Origin: a virus | IMG/VR virus record: IMGVR_UViG_3300025840_000013 | DNA length: 64,000 nt | Direction: 5' to 3' (one strand) | Shown: positions 20,401-29,275 of the stretch, piece after piece | How the letters are laid out: every line of letters begins with the position of its first letter | Position numbering within the stretch: position 1 is the stretch's first letter | Translations under genes and position numbers: made by a program | Notes under the pieces: generated by a model | Database searches by the model: none | The model's input: only the letters and a program-made list of their open reading frames with translations | What the model was told of the DNA's origin: nothing

Positions 20401-22644
20401 TCTGATACATCAGTAGATCAACAAATAGAAGTTAGTACAGATACTGATACACCAGTTGACGAATCTGGAGATACCGAATCCGATTCTGATACATCAGTAG
20501 ATCAACAAATAGAAGTTAGTACAGATACTGATACACCAGTTGACGAATCTGGAGATACCGAATCCGATTCTGATACATCAGTAGATCAGCAAGAAACTAA
20601 TAATGTTGGTGATGATGGAGTGGATGATGATAGTGACGCAACTTCTAGTGCAGATGAAACCTCTAATGATGACTCGACAACTTCCGTTATTGATGGTGCT
20701 GAATCTGAAGATGACTCAACAACTTCTGCTACCGATGATACTGAATCTGAAGATGATGAAACAACAACAGCAGTAGATACTGAGACTTCAGAAGATGACT
20801 CAACAACTTCTGTTACTGATGACACTGAATCTGAAGATGACTCAACAACTTCTGTTACTGATGACACTGAATCTGAAGATGACTCAACAACTTCTGCTAC
20901 CGATGATAATCAAACCACTGATGAGTTAAATGAACCAGTAATTGATTCGGAAGAACCAAATGATGAAAATGACGGCATCGAAGTTGATGTTGATAATAGA
21001 GAAGATTCAAACCAACCACCTGTCTCAGACATAGATGAAACAACAGATGACACAACTTCAACTGAAACAGAAACGGATGAAACAACAGATGACACAACTT
21101 CAACAGAATCCTCTGTAGATGAAACGGAAGATGACACAACTTCAACAGAATCCTCTGTAGATGAAACGGAAGATGACACAACTTCAACAGAATCCTCTGT
21201 AGATGAAACGGAAGATGAAACTGATACTACTGAAGATGGAACAGATGTAACTACAGATGAATCTGGCCAACCAACCTCAGAAGATGATACAGTTGACGAT
21301 CAGACAGATACTACTGAAGATGGTACAGACGAAACTACAGATCAACCAAGTGACCCTAAAGGCGAAGATGATACAGTTAGTGACGAAACAGATACTACCG
21401 AAGATGGTACAGATGTAACTACAGATCAACCAAGTGACCCTAAAGGCGAAGATGATACAGTTAGTGACGAAACAGATACTACCGAAGATGGTACAGATGT
21501 AACTACAGATGAATCTGGAGACCCGACAAGTGAAGATGATGCTGTAGAAGATAGTGATGCTGGTGTTGGCGGAGAACAAGATACAGTAGATGATATATCT
21601 GATACATCTACATCAGATGATGAAACGGTTGGTGATGATACCGACACCACAGAATCTTCTGGTGACGATACTGTTGATGATACAGATGCTACAGAATCTT
21701 CTGGTGACGATTCTATTGATGATACGGACTCAGTTCCATCTACGGATGAAGATGGTGAAGATGATACGGACTCAGTTCCATCTACCGATGAAGCGGGTGA
21801 AGATGATACAACACCACCAGTTACGGATGGAAATGATACAGACAATGAAGAGATTCCTACTGGCTCAGATGATGAAGTTCCAGAAGATCAGCCTGGAGTT
21901 CCGTCAGGAGATGAAGATGATTTCGAAACAGACCCATCTATACGAGTTTCTGATGGAGAAGAGCAGACTGATACTGATGGTGCAGACGAAACATTAGATG
22001 ATGCACAAGAAGATGACACAACACCAGTAGTAGATGATGAAGAAACTACAGAAGATGTTTCAGAACCACCCACTACAGATACTGATGAAACAGAAGATGT
22101 TTCAGAACCGCCTGTTACTGACGAAGATGATACAGAAGATGTTTCTGAACCACCAGTAACAGATACAGATGATACAGAAGATGTTTCTGAACCACCAGTA
22201 ACAGATACAGATGATACAGAAGATGTTTCTGAACCACCAGTAACAGATACAGATGATACAGAAGATGTTTCTGAACCACCAGTTATTCCAGATGAAGAAA
22301 CTGATGATGATGGAAAACCACCAGTTATTCCAGATGAAGAAACTGATGATGATGGAAAACCACCAGTTATTCCAGATGAAGAAACTGATGATGATTCACA
22401 ACCACCAGTTATTCCAGATGAAGAGCCTGACGATGATCAACCAGTTCCGCCTACAAACGATGAAGAGATTGATGAAGACGCACCAAGTAATCCACCCAGT
22501 CAGGATGATGGAACAAGGGAACTTGGTACAATCGTAATGAGAGATGGTGAGATAAAATTATATGTCTTAACGCCTGTCTTATCAGCAAATAAATATATTG
22601 GCCCATTTGTTGATAGAGAATTGGGCAACAGATTTTTTAGTTGA
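17485..22644 (+). CDS. 1719-aa extremely acidic, low-complexity tandem-repeat protein
   Basis: D/E/T/S-dominated with almost no K/R or aromatics over the C-terminal ~1000 residues; several 14- and 28-aa repeat arrays. Confidence 0.75.
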   Translation: MSVENIFLFNDVIKVKVGIDSPVGINGPSDGQVVEQNGLTYTYNATTTSWDITVLSNIVFVSGLASSITLSFSAGDILVNGTSQGTSTTISNNDVVQLSLENPTLNQSNTYSIVADGTTIDYIVELNDPEVANFDSDRSTSSTNDDLEKIDTTSPTLTDSDTTVFQSIINQLNAGDVDFESVKEELSTLIQENFSEAYQEALGDLQVLLAQEFEEFRDTILTSETDIVETTVQESAEITEVITAKDAEIDSVLETQESQDYTQELVQETLETSEQETFVEDEVVETSEQELLAVTDSPETSEQETFVEDEVVETSEQETFVEDEVSETSEQELLAVTDSPETSEQETFVEDEVVETSEQELLAVTDSPETSEQETFVEDEVLETSEQELLAVTDSPETSEQELLAVTDSPETSEQETFVEDEVVETSTPDTFVEDEIVETSEQELLAVTDSPETSEQELLAVTDSPETSEQETFVEDEVVETSEQELLAVTDSPDTSTPDTFAEDEVVETSEQELLAVTDSPETSTPDTFSDTIQQALLEQVREELTDNEELKLSDLFSDLENILTNQLESFAEEITPDFLIQVLSELSDSEELKTADIQNLEDIQSLLTPDILLDLENIQLENITQELVRESLSTVLQEFLEETLTETFILPETDETIETLSTLDQAKDETVDVIETSTLDSSEEQDVVEEVTADIDTTVETTEGVEQERTEESPEEQQLEEKLDAASETVDSQDTTSDEQISTGSDGEVVEEDSADSTTSDTSVDDEVTETSVDDATVDDSTDATESPDATIDDATDTTESPDATVDDATDTTESPDATVDDDTDATESPDATVDDATDTTESPDATVDDDTDATESPDATVDDDTDATPSPSLDEEDESSETVSDGNVVSDSELEGGTDTETPEDATEDTTTPSEVPEEDPSTTETPDSEVEDEVQPVSDDASDVTDEQNIIETETDIPVDESGDTESDSDTSVDQQIEVSTDTDTPVDESGDTESDSDTSVDQQIEVSTDTDTPVDESGDTESDSDTSVDQQETNNVGDDGVDDDSDATSSADETSNDDSTTSVIDGAESEDDSTTSATDDTESEDDETTTAVDTETSEDDSTTSVTDDTESEDDSTTSVTDDTESEDDSTTSATDDNQTTDELNEPVIDSEEPNDENDGIEVDVDNREDSNQPPVSDIDETTDDTTSTETETDETTDDTTSTESSVDETEDDTTSTESSVDETEDDTTSTESSVDETEDETDTTEDGTDVTTDESGQPTSEDDTVDDQTDTTEDGTDETTDQPSDPKGEDDTVSDETDTTEDGTDVTTDQPSDPKGEDDTVSDETDTTEDGTDVTTDESGDPTSEDDAVEDSDAGVGGEQDTVDDISDTSTSDDETVGDDTDTTESSGDDTVDDTDATESSGDDSIDDTDSVPSTDEDGEDDTDSVPSTDEAGEDDTTPPVTDGNDTDNEEIPTGSDDEVPEDQPGVPSGDEDDFETDPSIRVSDGEEQTDTDGADETLDDAQEDDTTPVVDDEETTEDVSEPPTTDTDETEDVSEPPVTDEDDTEDVSEPPVTDTDDTEDVSEPPVTDTDDTEDVSEPPVTDTDDTEDVSEPPVIPDEETDDDGKPPVIPDEETDDDGKPPVIPDEETDDDSQPPVIPDEEPDDDQPVPPTNDEEIDEDAPSNPPSQDDGTRELGTIVMRDGEIKLYVLTPVLSANKYIGPFVDRELGNRFFS
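18295..19092 (+). repeat. 19 tandem 42-nt (14-aa) units of three types
   Basis: ETSEQETFVEDEVV, ETSEQELLAVTDSP and ETSTPDTF.EDE.V units read directly from the ORF. Confidence 0.9.
19843..22440 (+). repeat. Series of distinct 42-nt and 84-nt tandem repeat arrays
   Basis: TESPDATVDDATDT, TDTPVDESGDTESDSDTSVDQQIEVSTD, ESEDDSTTSVTDDT, DETEDDTTSTESSV, TEDVSEPPVTDTDD, PPVIPDEETDDDGK. Confidence 0.85.
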
Positions 22645-22657
22645 TGGATAGTTAAGA

Positions 22658-25600
22658 ATGCCACAGTTTCAAACCGCTAATGGACAAAAGATACAGGTTG
22701 CAACTAAAATAGTTTCAAATATTATAGTTGAAACTATTGATCCACCACAAGTCGAATATGTAAATTACTTTACTCCAGACATCGATCCTAGAAATAATGC
22801 AATTGATCTAGAAAGAATAAAAACTTATCAGGGAAAGACATATGAAGTTAGGCGTTCTGATTTAGTATGGAACTATGGACTAGAACTTGATGAGATTGGT
22901 TATGCAAACTATTTCTATACAAATGGAATAAATTTAGCACAAAGATATTATGACAACTTAGTTCAAACAAGTGTTCATAGAGGTGGTATTGGAGAATATA
23001 ATCCAAACTTTTATATTGAAGTAGAAAGTATTGGATTGGACGCTGCCAATGTCACCGCAAATTCCAGTGAATATCGATCTCAAAGGATTGATTATTACAA
23101 TCCAATCACAAAACAAATTGATAAAAAACTCTATCATACAAGTCGAGGAGTTAGAGTTACAAAATTAATCAAGAATGGTAGTTTTTGGACATTTGTTGAT
23201 AGTATTCAATATGACACTTTTGATAGTACAGAGTCTCTTAGTACATTTTTGGTGGCAGGACAAGACGCAGTTGTTGGTGAGGTATATGAACTTGTAGGGA
23301 CATACGATATAAATGACCCTGATACTTTTGCTGCATTAGATTCTATGGGATTTATCGCAGGATCAGTTGAGTCTCCAACAATTTCCACCAGAGCCACATT
23401 ACAAAATTTACCACCAGAAAATTTTACAGTTACTTTTAGAGAAGTTAGAACTATAGGATATTTCAATGCAATAAATCTAAGAAATTTTATTTCTACTTTT
23501 TCTGATGGTGATATGATTATCATAAACACTTTCGATGAACCTAGTGCCAATAAGTCTGTATGGACAGGGGAATTGAGTAATAATTTTATTACAAGTTTTG
23601 CAGATATCGCATGGGACTATAGAAGTGCATATTTGTATATTGGCACAAAAAACGGAGAAAAAATAGACGAACAATATGCTGAAGACACGAATGCAAAATT
23701 ATACACTACGATAAACTCTGAGTTGTTATTTGGTACTGTTACGGCAACAACATATACATCAACTTACGATGAGTTTAATCAAGGTGTATTTAAAAACAAA
23801 TATAATGTAAACAAAAGATATATTCCACAAATTAGTTCTACCTTAGATGAACAACAGGATGGGGTATATGTTGTATTAGATGGTTATAATAGAAAAACTG
23901 CAACCGTCCCATTTAAATACTGGCATCCAAGACATCCTTCGCAGAGAATGAATACCCTTGAAGATGTATTTCATTTTTCAGTAAGTGTTAAAGACATAGA
24001 TTTTAGTTTATTTGAAGAACATTTAAGAGTATCTGTTTATCACTCAAAAGAAAACCACGAAGATGTGTTGGAAGATTTAACCAATTTTTATTCTAAAAAT
24101 ACATCATCTTTAATTGATGAAATAGACTTTGATTTGAGTGGACAAGTAGATAAAGAATGGGTACATCTGAGTATTGATTTGCTTTCTCTCAATTTTCCAT
24201 CATATGATGGCATAGTCTGGTTTGAGATTGAAAGAATTCCTAGATTATTTGATAACCCATTTACCGATGGTTTCCGAGCGGATCAAATATTTAATTCTTG
24301 GTATAGATTTTCTCATTTAGGTGATGAGGCAGTATATCCATTTGACCCACAAGATGAATTAGAAACTGCATATGTATATGATATTGTCGATAATAAAATA
24401 GTTTCTACTCAAAATTTCAGAGGTTATACTGGATTTGTTTCTTTTGAATCTTATGAAAATTATAATTTAGAAGTTAGGGTAAAGAGTGGAGAGTTTGATA
24501 ATGATGCAGTTGGTTTAGTTATTGGTTTTGTATTTGAAGATGGAAAAGAATACACGTTAAGTGTATTACGAGCTCTTGGACAACACTTTAGAGGTAAGTC
24601 TTGGCTTGCAATTGCAAACTGTAATCAGGCAAGTAGCACTCTTGGTGAACCTTGGGAATGGTTGGGTTTACGTCCTGATGAAGTTATTGATTATGAATAT
24701 GAATTTGATAAAGATATCAATCCTTTCTATCACGAAATATGGGATGGAACTCCTACTGCACCAAAACCAGAAGTTCCTGCTGAATTTTTGGATGCAGAGG
24801 TGGAATCACAGGGCGCTCAGTGGAATATGTTTCCTAATGGAACAAAAATAAGAATTGAAAAACGTGCAAATATCGTAAAACTTTATACAAGTCAATTTGA
24901 TGATCCAGAGACTATTGATCCATCTACAGAAATTGAAATTGATTTGACATCAGACCCAGAACTAGAAAAGTTTATTTATTCTAGAATTGGTATCAGCAAC
25001 TTTTCTGCAGCAAATGCATCTTGGGAAGATGTTATATTTGAACCATTAATCGATGTGGAGTCAGAGACTACTTCTGAAGATTATCCAACATCTAGAAACG
25101 GTTTCATTGCAGTGGGTGGAATGGGAACTGAAAGAACTTACATGTCAGAAGAGTTGTCGGGCCCAGTTCCAAATCCTTACTTTATTGAAATAATCGATTC
25201 AACTAGATTTGTTGTTGATAGACAAGAATTAGAATCAGTTGCAAAGTTCGATTTAAGAACGTTTGAACTATCTGTTGGAATGGACGGATATAATCAAGAT
25301 GTTGTTGAATTGATGCGTCCAGATTTATATGGTTCGACAATTTTAGATTATAACAATATTAATATGATATTGCAATCAAAAACTATTCACTTTGACTATT
25401 CTCCATTTACTGGTGGGAAGTCACTGGATATTTCTAAAATATGGGAAATGGACTTTATTGATAGAAGACCAAGTACGCCGATATTTGAACAAACTCTAGG
25501 TGGACTAAAAGTAAAACAAGATTTAATAACAAAGATTTGGGAAGTAAATCTTGCAGGAATAACTTATAACTTTGGAGATTTGCCAAGAGCTGAATATACT

Positions 25601-27970
25601 ATAATAAGAGATAATCTTAATTTATTGGGTGAATTACCAAGGGCAGAATTTACTACATCTAACACACAAGATTTGATATTAGATACTAATACTGGTTTAT
25701 ATTATTTTAAACCTAGTGATGAGGCATCTGATATAACAAAATCTTTATATTTTGGAAAACCAAAAGATATTAATATTCCTATTAATCATTACTTTGCAAA
25801 ATATAAAGATTCTGCATTTAAATACAATCAACAGATTAAAGAGGTGATGGATGTTGTAATTCCACCAAATGATTATTTTATAAAATCTAAAGATATTGTT
25901 TTAGATAATACTTTATTTAAAGAGACTGTTAAAATATTTGAATTTGATTATCCTAAGTCCGTTTTCTTTGATAGGGCAAAAGATATTCAGTTTAATGTTG
26001 CACCTTTCTATACAGAAACTTTAGATAAGACATATATTAATAAATTATTCTTTATTGATTTAGATGAATGGAATACTAGTTTAAACTTTAGTCCTTTCCA
26101 ATATAATATGGACGATGTTTCTTATATAATTGAACAAAACTATTTACTTGCAAAAGATACTGGTATTGATCCTAAAAATAGTTTTAAATTTAAAATGCTT
26201 GAAGAAATATTCAAACCAAAATTTATTGTAAGTAATCAACCGACATATGAATTTATTTTTGATTCTTTTGTTGGAGTTTCTTCTAATCTTTGGGACGCTA
26301 CAAAATTCCAACCTACTTATTATGAAAAGGTTGAGAGTGGCCACCCTAGAAGTGATGGTTCTGATGCATATGGACATGAGCCTACTACCGTAGAAGTTCC
26401 TAAAAGTCGATATAAGGAAGGGGCCTTCTTAGGGTTTATAAAGGAAAATAGTGTTGGTAAAAACCACGGTTCTGGTGCATTTCATGTGGATCAAGAATAC
26501 AGTGAAACGCAGATTCTTGGTGATGTTGGTAGTGGGGGGAAATTCTTATTTGAGTTCTCTGAAGTAGACTGGGATTTAGACAAGAATGGTTCATTTGAAA
26601 GTGGATGGGGATTGGCCCGAGCAGCCAAAAAACAATATAACTTTACATATGAAATAATTAAAAACGATAAAACTGGTAGACTACCAGATTGTCTAGAATT
26701 GGATGGGAATATTATTAAAGGCAGACTCAGTGAAACTGATATGTTTGTGAGAAAAAACGCATTTGAAACTTGGATGAAAAGTCAGGGTCAAGAAATAGAT
26801 GGTGCGTGGATTTCGCACGCTGATAATATAGACTATGATTATTCTGATTTCCAATTAACCAATCCTAGAATATTTACTTTGCAGATGACTGGTACAAACA
26901 CTACTAGAGGAGAATTAGATGTAATACATTCCGGCGGCGAAAGATATTCTTTTGGTGAAGTTATTGTGCAAGGTGATACCACTCTTGTAATTGACAGTGT
27001 TGGTTCTGATTATACAACTGAAGTTTTAAGGGATACTGGTGTTGAAACTGTAACGGTAACACGATATGAATATAGAGAACTGAAAGGTGAAATTGATATA
27101 ACTTCAAATGAAACTACTCAAACTTCTGTTTTTGTTCCTAGTACTCAAACGGCATCTATTGAAATTGCAAAATTACAAGAAGACTTAGTTTTTGCAACTG
27201 GAAACACTGCAACTCTTATACAAGAAAGAATCGATGAATTGCAGGATATTATAGATGGAAATGTCGCAAGCGAAGGTTATTTTGCAATTACAGACGAATC
27301 GCCAATCACAAATTTTAAATATGTCGAAAGTGAAGAAACATCCCTGCAAGCAATCGTACATGATTTTATTGTCGATAACAGTGGTGGATTGATAAAAAAT
27401 ATAGAAATAGTTATGCCAATCTGGAATAACTTTACATATGATAAAGATTTATTCTTGCACAAATCTGATAAAATACAGACTCCAGATAATCAAGATAGGT
27501 TGAAGTGGATTGAAGAACAAAGAAATAAGGGAAATTTCACATATGACCCTAGTAGAAACAATACTGCACTTGATAACGCATGGATACAGTCAATAAATAA
27601 TTATAATAATGGTATTATCACTTATGATGATTATGTATGGAAGAAAAATTTCATAATTAATTCTAGAAGTTTTATGTCAGAAGAGAAGAGAGAAGAATAT
27701 ATAGAATATATTGACAGTTTTGTTAAACTCGAATTTGGAACAACGGATAAGTATAATGTAAACCAGGCCAAACTATCACAAGTTTCTATCGAATATTTTA
27801 ATACAAATTATCCATATGTAGAGTCTGAAAATAATCAATTTACATATTTGGAAAATATTGAACCATTTGTACTTAATTGTGAATTTGAGGTTTCAGAAGA
27901 AATATTCTATGACTTTGATCAGGATGCAAAAGTAATTAGAGGATATCCAGTATATGCCAGCTGTAACTAG
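22658..27970 (+). CDS. 1770-aa virion protein with putative ILEI/GG-type lectin and L-lectin-like domains
   Basis: SRGVRV...YDTF and GDMIIINTFDEP...YRSAYLYIG resemble ILEI-type domains. STQN..YTGFVS..Y.NY....S...DNDAVGLVIGF resembles a TSP-C/L-lectin fold. Confidence 0.5.
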   Translation: MPQFQTANGQKIQVATKIVSNIIVETIDPPQVEYVNYFTPDIDPRNNAIDLERIKTYQGKTYEVRRSDLVWNYGLELDEIGYANYFYTNGINLAQRYYDNLVQTSVHRGGIGEYNPNFYIEVESIGLDAANVTANSSEYRSQRIDYYNPITKQIDKKLYHTSRGVRVTKLIKNGSFWTFVDSIQYDTFDSTESLSTFLVAGQDAVVGEVYELVGTYDINDPDTFAALDSMGFIAGSVESPTISTRATLQNLPPENFTVTFREVRTIGYFNAINLRNFISTFSDGDMIIINTFDEPSANKSVWTGELSNNFITSFADIAWDYRSAYLYIGTKNGEKIDEQYAEDTNAKLYTTINSELLFGTVTATTYTSTYDEFNQGVFKNKYNVNKRYIPQISSTLDEQQDGVYVVLDGYNRKTATVPFKYWHPRHPSQRMNTLEDVFHFSVSVKDIDFSLFEEHLRVSVYHSKENHEDVLEDLTNFYSKNTSSLIDEIDFDLSGQVDKEWVHLSIDLLSLNFPSYDGIVWFEIERIPRLFDNPFTDGFRADQIFNSWYRFSHLGDEAVYPFDPQDELETAYVYDIVDNKIVSTQNFRGYTGFVSFESYENYNLEVRVKSGEFDNDAVGLVIGFVFEDGKEYTLSVLRALGQHFRGKSWLAIANCNQASSTLGEPWEWLGLRPDEVIDYEYEFDKDINPFYHEIWDGTPTAPKPEVPAEFLDAEVESQGAQWNMFPNGTKIRIEKRANIVKLYTSQFDDPETIDPSTEIEIDLTSDPELEKFIYSRIGISNFSAANASWEDVIFEPLIDVESETTSEDYPTSRNGFIAVGGMGTERTYMSEELSGPVPNPYFIEIIDSTRFVVDRQELESVAKFDLRTFELSVGMDGYNQDVVELMRPDLYGSTILDYNNINMILQSKTIHFDYSPFTGGKSLDISKIWEMDFIDRRPSTPIFEQTLGGLKVKQDLITKIWEVNLAGITYNFGDLPRAEYTIIRDNLNLLGELPRAEFTTSNTQDLILDTNTGLYYFKPSDEASDITKSLYFGKPKDINIPINHYFAKYKDSAFKYNQQIKEVMDVVIPPNDYFIKSKDIVLDNTLFKETVKIFEFDYPKSVFFDRAKDIQFNVAPFYTETLDKTYINKLFFIDLDEWNTSLNFSPFQYNMDDVSYIIEQNYLLAKDTGIDPKNSFKFKMLEEIFKPKFIVSNQPTYEFIFDSFVGVSSNLWDATKFQPTYYEKVESGHPRSDGSDAYGHEPTTVEVPKSRYKEGAFLGFIKENSVGKNHGSGAFHVDQEYSETQILGDVGSGGKFLFEFSEVDWDLDKNGSFESGWGLARAAKKQYNFTYEIIKNDKTGRLPDCLELDGNIIKGRLSETDMFVRKNAFETWMKSQGQEIDGAWISHADNIDYDYSDFQLTNPRIFTLQMTGTNTTRGELDVIHSGGERYSFGEVIVQGDTTLVIDSVGSDYTTEVLRDTGVETVTVTRYEYRELKGEIDITSNETTQTSVFVPSTQTASIEIAKLQEDLVFATGNTATLIQERIDELQDIIDGNVASEGYFAITDESPITNFKYVESEETSLQAIVHDFIVDNSGGLIKNIEIVMPIWNNFTYDKDLFLHKSDKIQTPDNQDRLKWIEEQRNKGNFTYDPSRNNTALDNAWIQSINNYNNGIITYDDYVWKKNFIINSRSFMSEEKREEYIEYIDSFVKLEFGTTDKYNVNQAKLSQVSIEYFNTNYPYVESENNQFTYLENIEPFVLNCEFEVSEEIFYDFDQDAKVIRGYPVYASCN

Positions 27971-28244
27971 AAAGGGCGACACCTGTACAGGACACGGTTG
28001 TTTTCCACCAAGAGCGAGTGTCCAAGGAAGTGGAAATGTGTTTGTAAATAGTATTCCAGTTCATCGACAAAGTGATGGATGGGCGACTCATTGTTGCCCG
28101 CCGCCCACATGTCATGGTTCTGTTCTTTCATCTGGTTCTAGTACAGTTTTTGCGAATGGATTACAGGTCGGTAGAATAGGAGATCCAGTCGCATGTGGTT
28201 CTTCCGTTGCCGTTGGTAGTGGAAATGTTTTTGCTGGTGGATGA
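27954..28244 (+). CDS. PAAR-repeat spike-tip protein (T4 gp5.4-like)
   Basis: MPAVTRKGD.CTGH, PVHRQ.D...HCC...H and VGRIGDPVACGS: the classic PAAR pattern with His/Cys metal ligands; 96 aa. Confidence 0.93.
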   Translation: MPAVTRKGDTCTGHGCFPPRASVQGSGNVFVNSIPVHRQSDGWATHCCPPPTCHGSVLSSGSSTVFANGLQVGRIGDPVACGSSVAVGSGNVFAGG

Positions 28245-28252
28245 TATAAATA
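28245..28252 (+). promoter_or_regulatory. T4-type late promoter
   Basis: TATAAATA right after the PAAR stop, then a GGAG SD and a TTG start at 28282. Confidence 0.75.
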
Positions 28253-28281
28253 ATGTATAAAAGATAAGACGGAGTTTTTCA

Positions 28282-29214
28282 TTGGCAATTGCATATCCTA
28301 TTAAGGCACTCGTACAACAGTCTGGTGATGTTGTTCTTGGAGAATTTTTAGAATCCGACTATATTGGTATTCTAGATGGTGGCACTGGCGCAGGGGGAAG
28401 TAGAGAAAGTAATAGTCTTCCTGCAACAGCAACAGATGAAGAATTACTTGATGCAATCAGACAACAAATGCGAGATAATTTTGAACTCGCACGATATGAA
28501 ACATATTCTTCTATAATCGCAATTCAACAAGAAGTTCCAGATGCTGGTAGAATAGCAATGGATAGTACTTCTGGAAGATTGTTTTATGGTACAGGAGAAG
28601 CTTGGTTTGAAGTAGGACAGGCACTTTTAGTTCAAGATAATATCACTGGTGGACTTGAGTTTGGCGGAGATATTATTGTTATATACAACCCAGACACGAG
28701 TACTACATCAGTAACGGTAGATTTTACACCACTTAGAAACCAAATAAACGCAATTATAGGCGGCTCTGGACTAAATACGGATGGTACTTATACTCCAAAT
28801 GCAAACACCAATTTTATTTCTGGTGCAACTAGTCTAAATAATGCTGATGTATTGTTGGACACTGCTCTGCAAAACGAAATTAATAGGGCAACTGGTGTAG
28901 AATCTTCTATTATATCACAAATAACAGGGGTTACTAACGACCTTGCAAATTTTGCATATGAAGGACACACTGCAGCACAGGTATCTGGTGCTGGAAAGGT
29001 TGGTATTGTTTATGATACCACCAGTGGAAAATACGAACCAACTAGTGATTTTGGAGTTGGTGGATTTATCAAGTTTACTATGGAAGACGGTAGTAGGGAT
29101 GATATTCCATTGACCACAACTTTCCATGGTAATCAAATAGTAAATGGCGTAGTTGAATTTTTTACAGCAAACGGCACCCAAGACGATATAGATTTGGTCG
29201 TAAACGGTGTATAA
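28282..29214 (+). CDS. Short fibre-like structural protein (TTG start)
   Basis: N-terminus similar to that of the 3277-aa fibre; GRLFYGTGEAW module; helical ATSLNNAD..LDTALQNEINRA segment. Confidence 0.55.
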   Translation: MAIAYPIKALVQQSGDVVLGEFLESDYIGILDGGTGAGGSRESNSLPATATDEELLDAIRQQMRDNFELARYETYSSIIAIQQEVPDAGRIAMDSTSGRLFYGTGEAWFEVGQALLVQDNITGGLEFGGDIIVIYNPDTSTTSVTVDFTPLRNQINAIIGGSGLNTDGTYTPNANTNFISGATSLNNADVLLDTALQNEINRATGVESSIISQITGVTNDLANFAYEGHTAAQVSGAGKVGIVYDTTSGKYEPTSDFGVGGFIKFTMEDGSRDDIPLTTTFHGNQIVNGVVEFFTANGTQDDIDLVVNGV

Positions 29215-29223
29215 ATTCTTTTT

Positions 29224-29231
29224 TATAAATA
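29224..29231 (+). promoter_or_regulatory. T4-type late promoter
   Basis: TATAAATA upstream of an AGGAG SD and the ATG at 29276. Confidence 0.75.
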
Positions 29232-29275
29232 ATAAGAAATAAATAATTGCAATTTAAAATAATAGGAGTTTATTA

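Noticed and set aside
19482-22073. Long minus-strand S/V-rich ORFs (e.g. 19482-20261, 21426-21845)
   Set aside because: Antisense shadows of the D/E/T repeat codons, fully nested in the 1719-aa gene.
18295-22440. Possible CRISPR array in the 42-nt repeats
   Set aside because: In-frame coding tandem repeats with no unique spacers, and no cas genes.
27954-28244. Bacterial T6SS or extracellular contractile injection locus
   Set aside because: Neck and terminase genes plus T4 late promoters show a DNA-packaging phage; no tss or afp genes are present.
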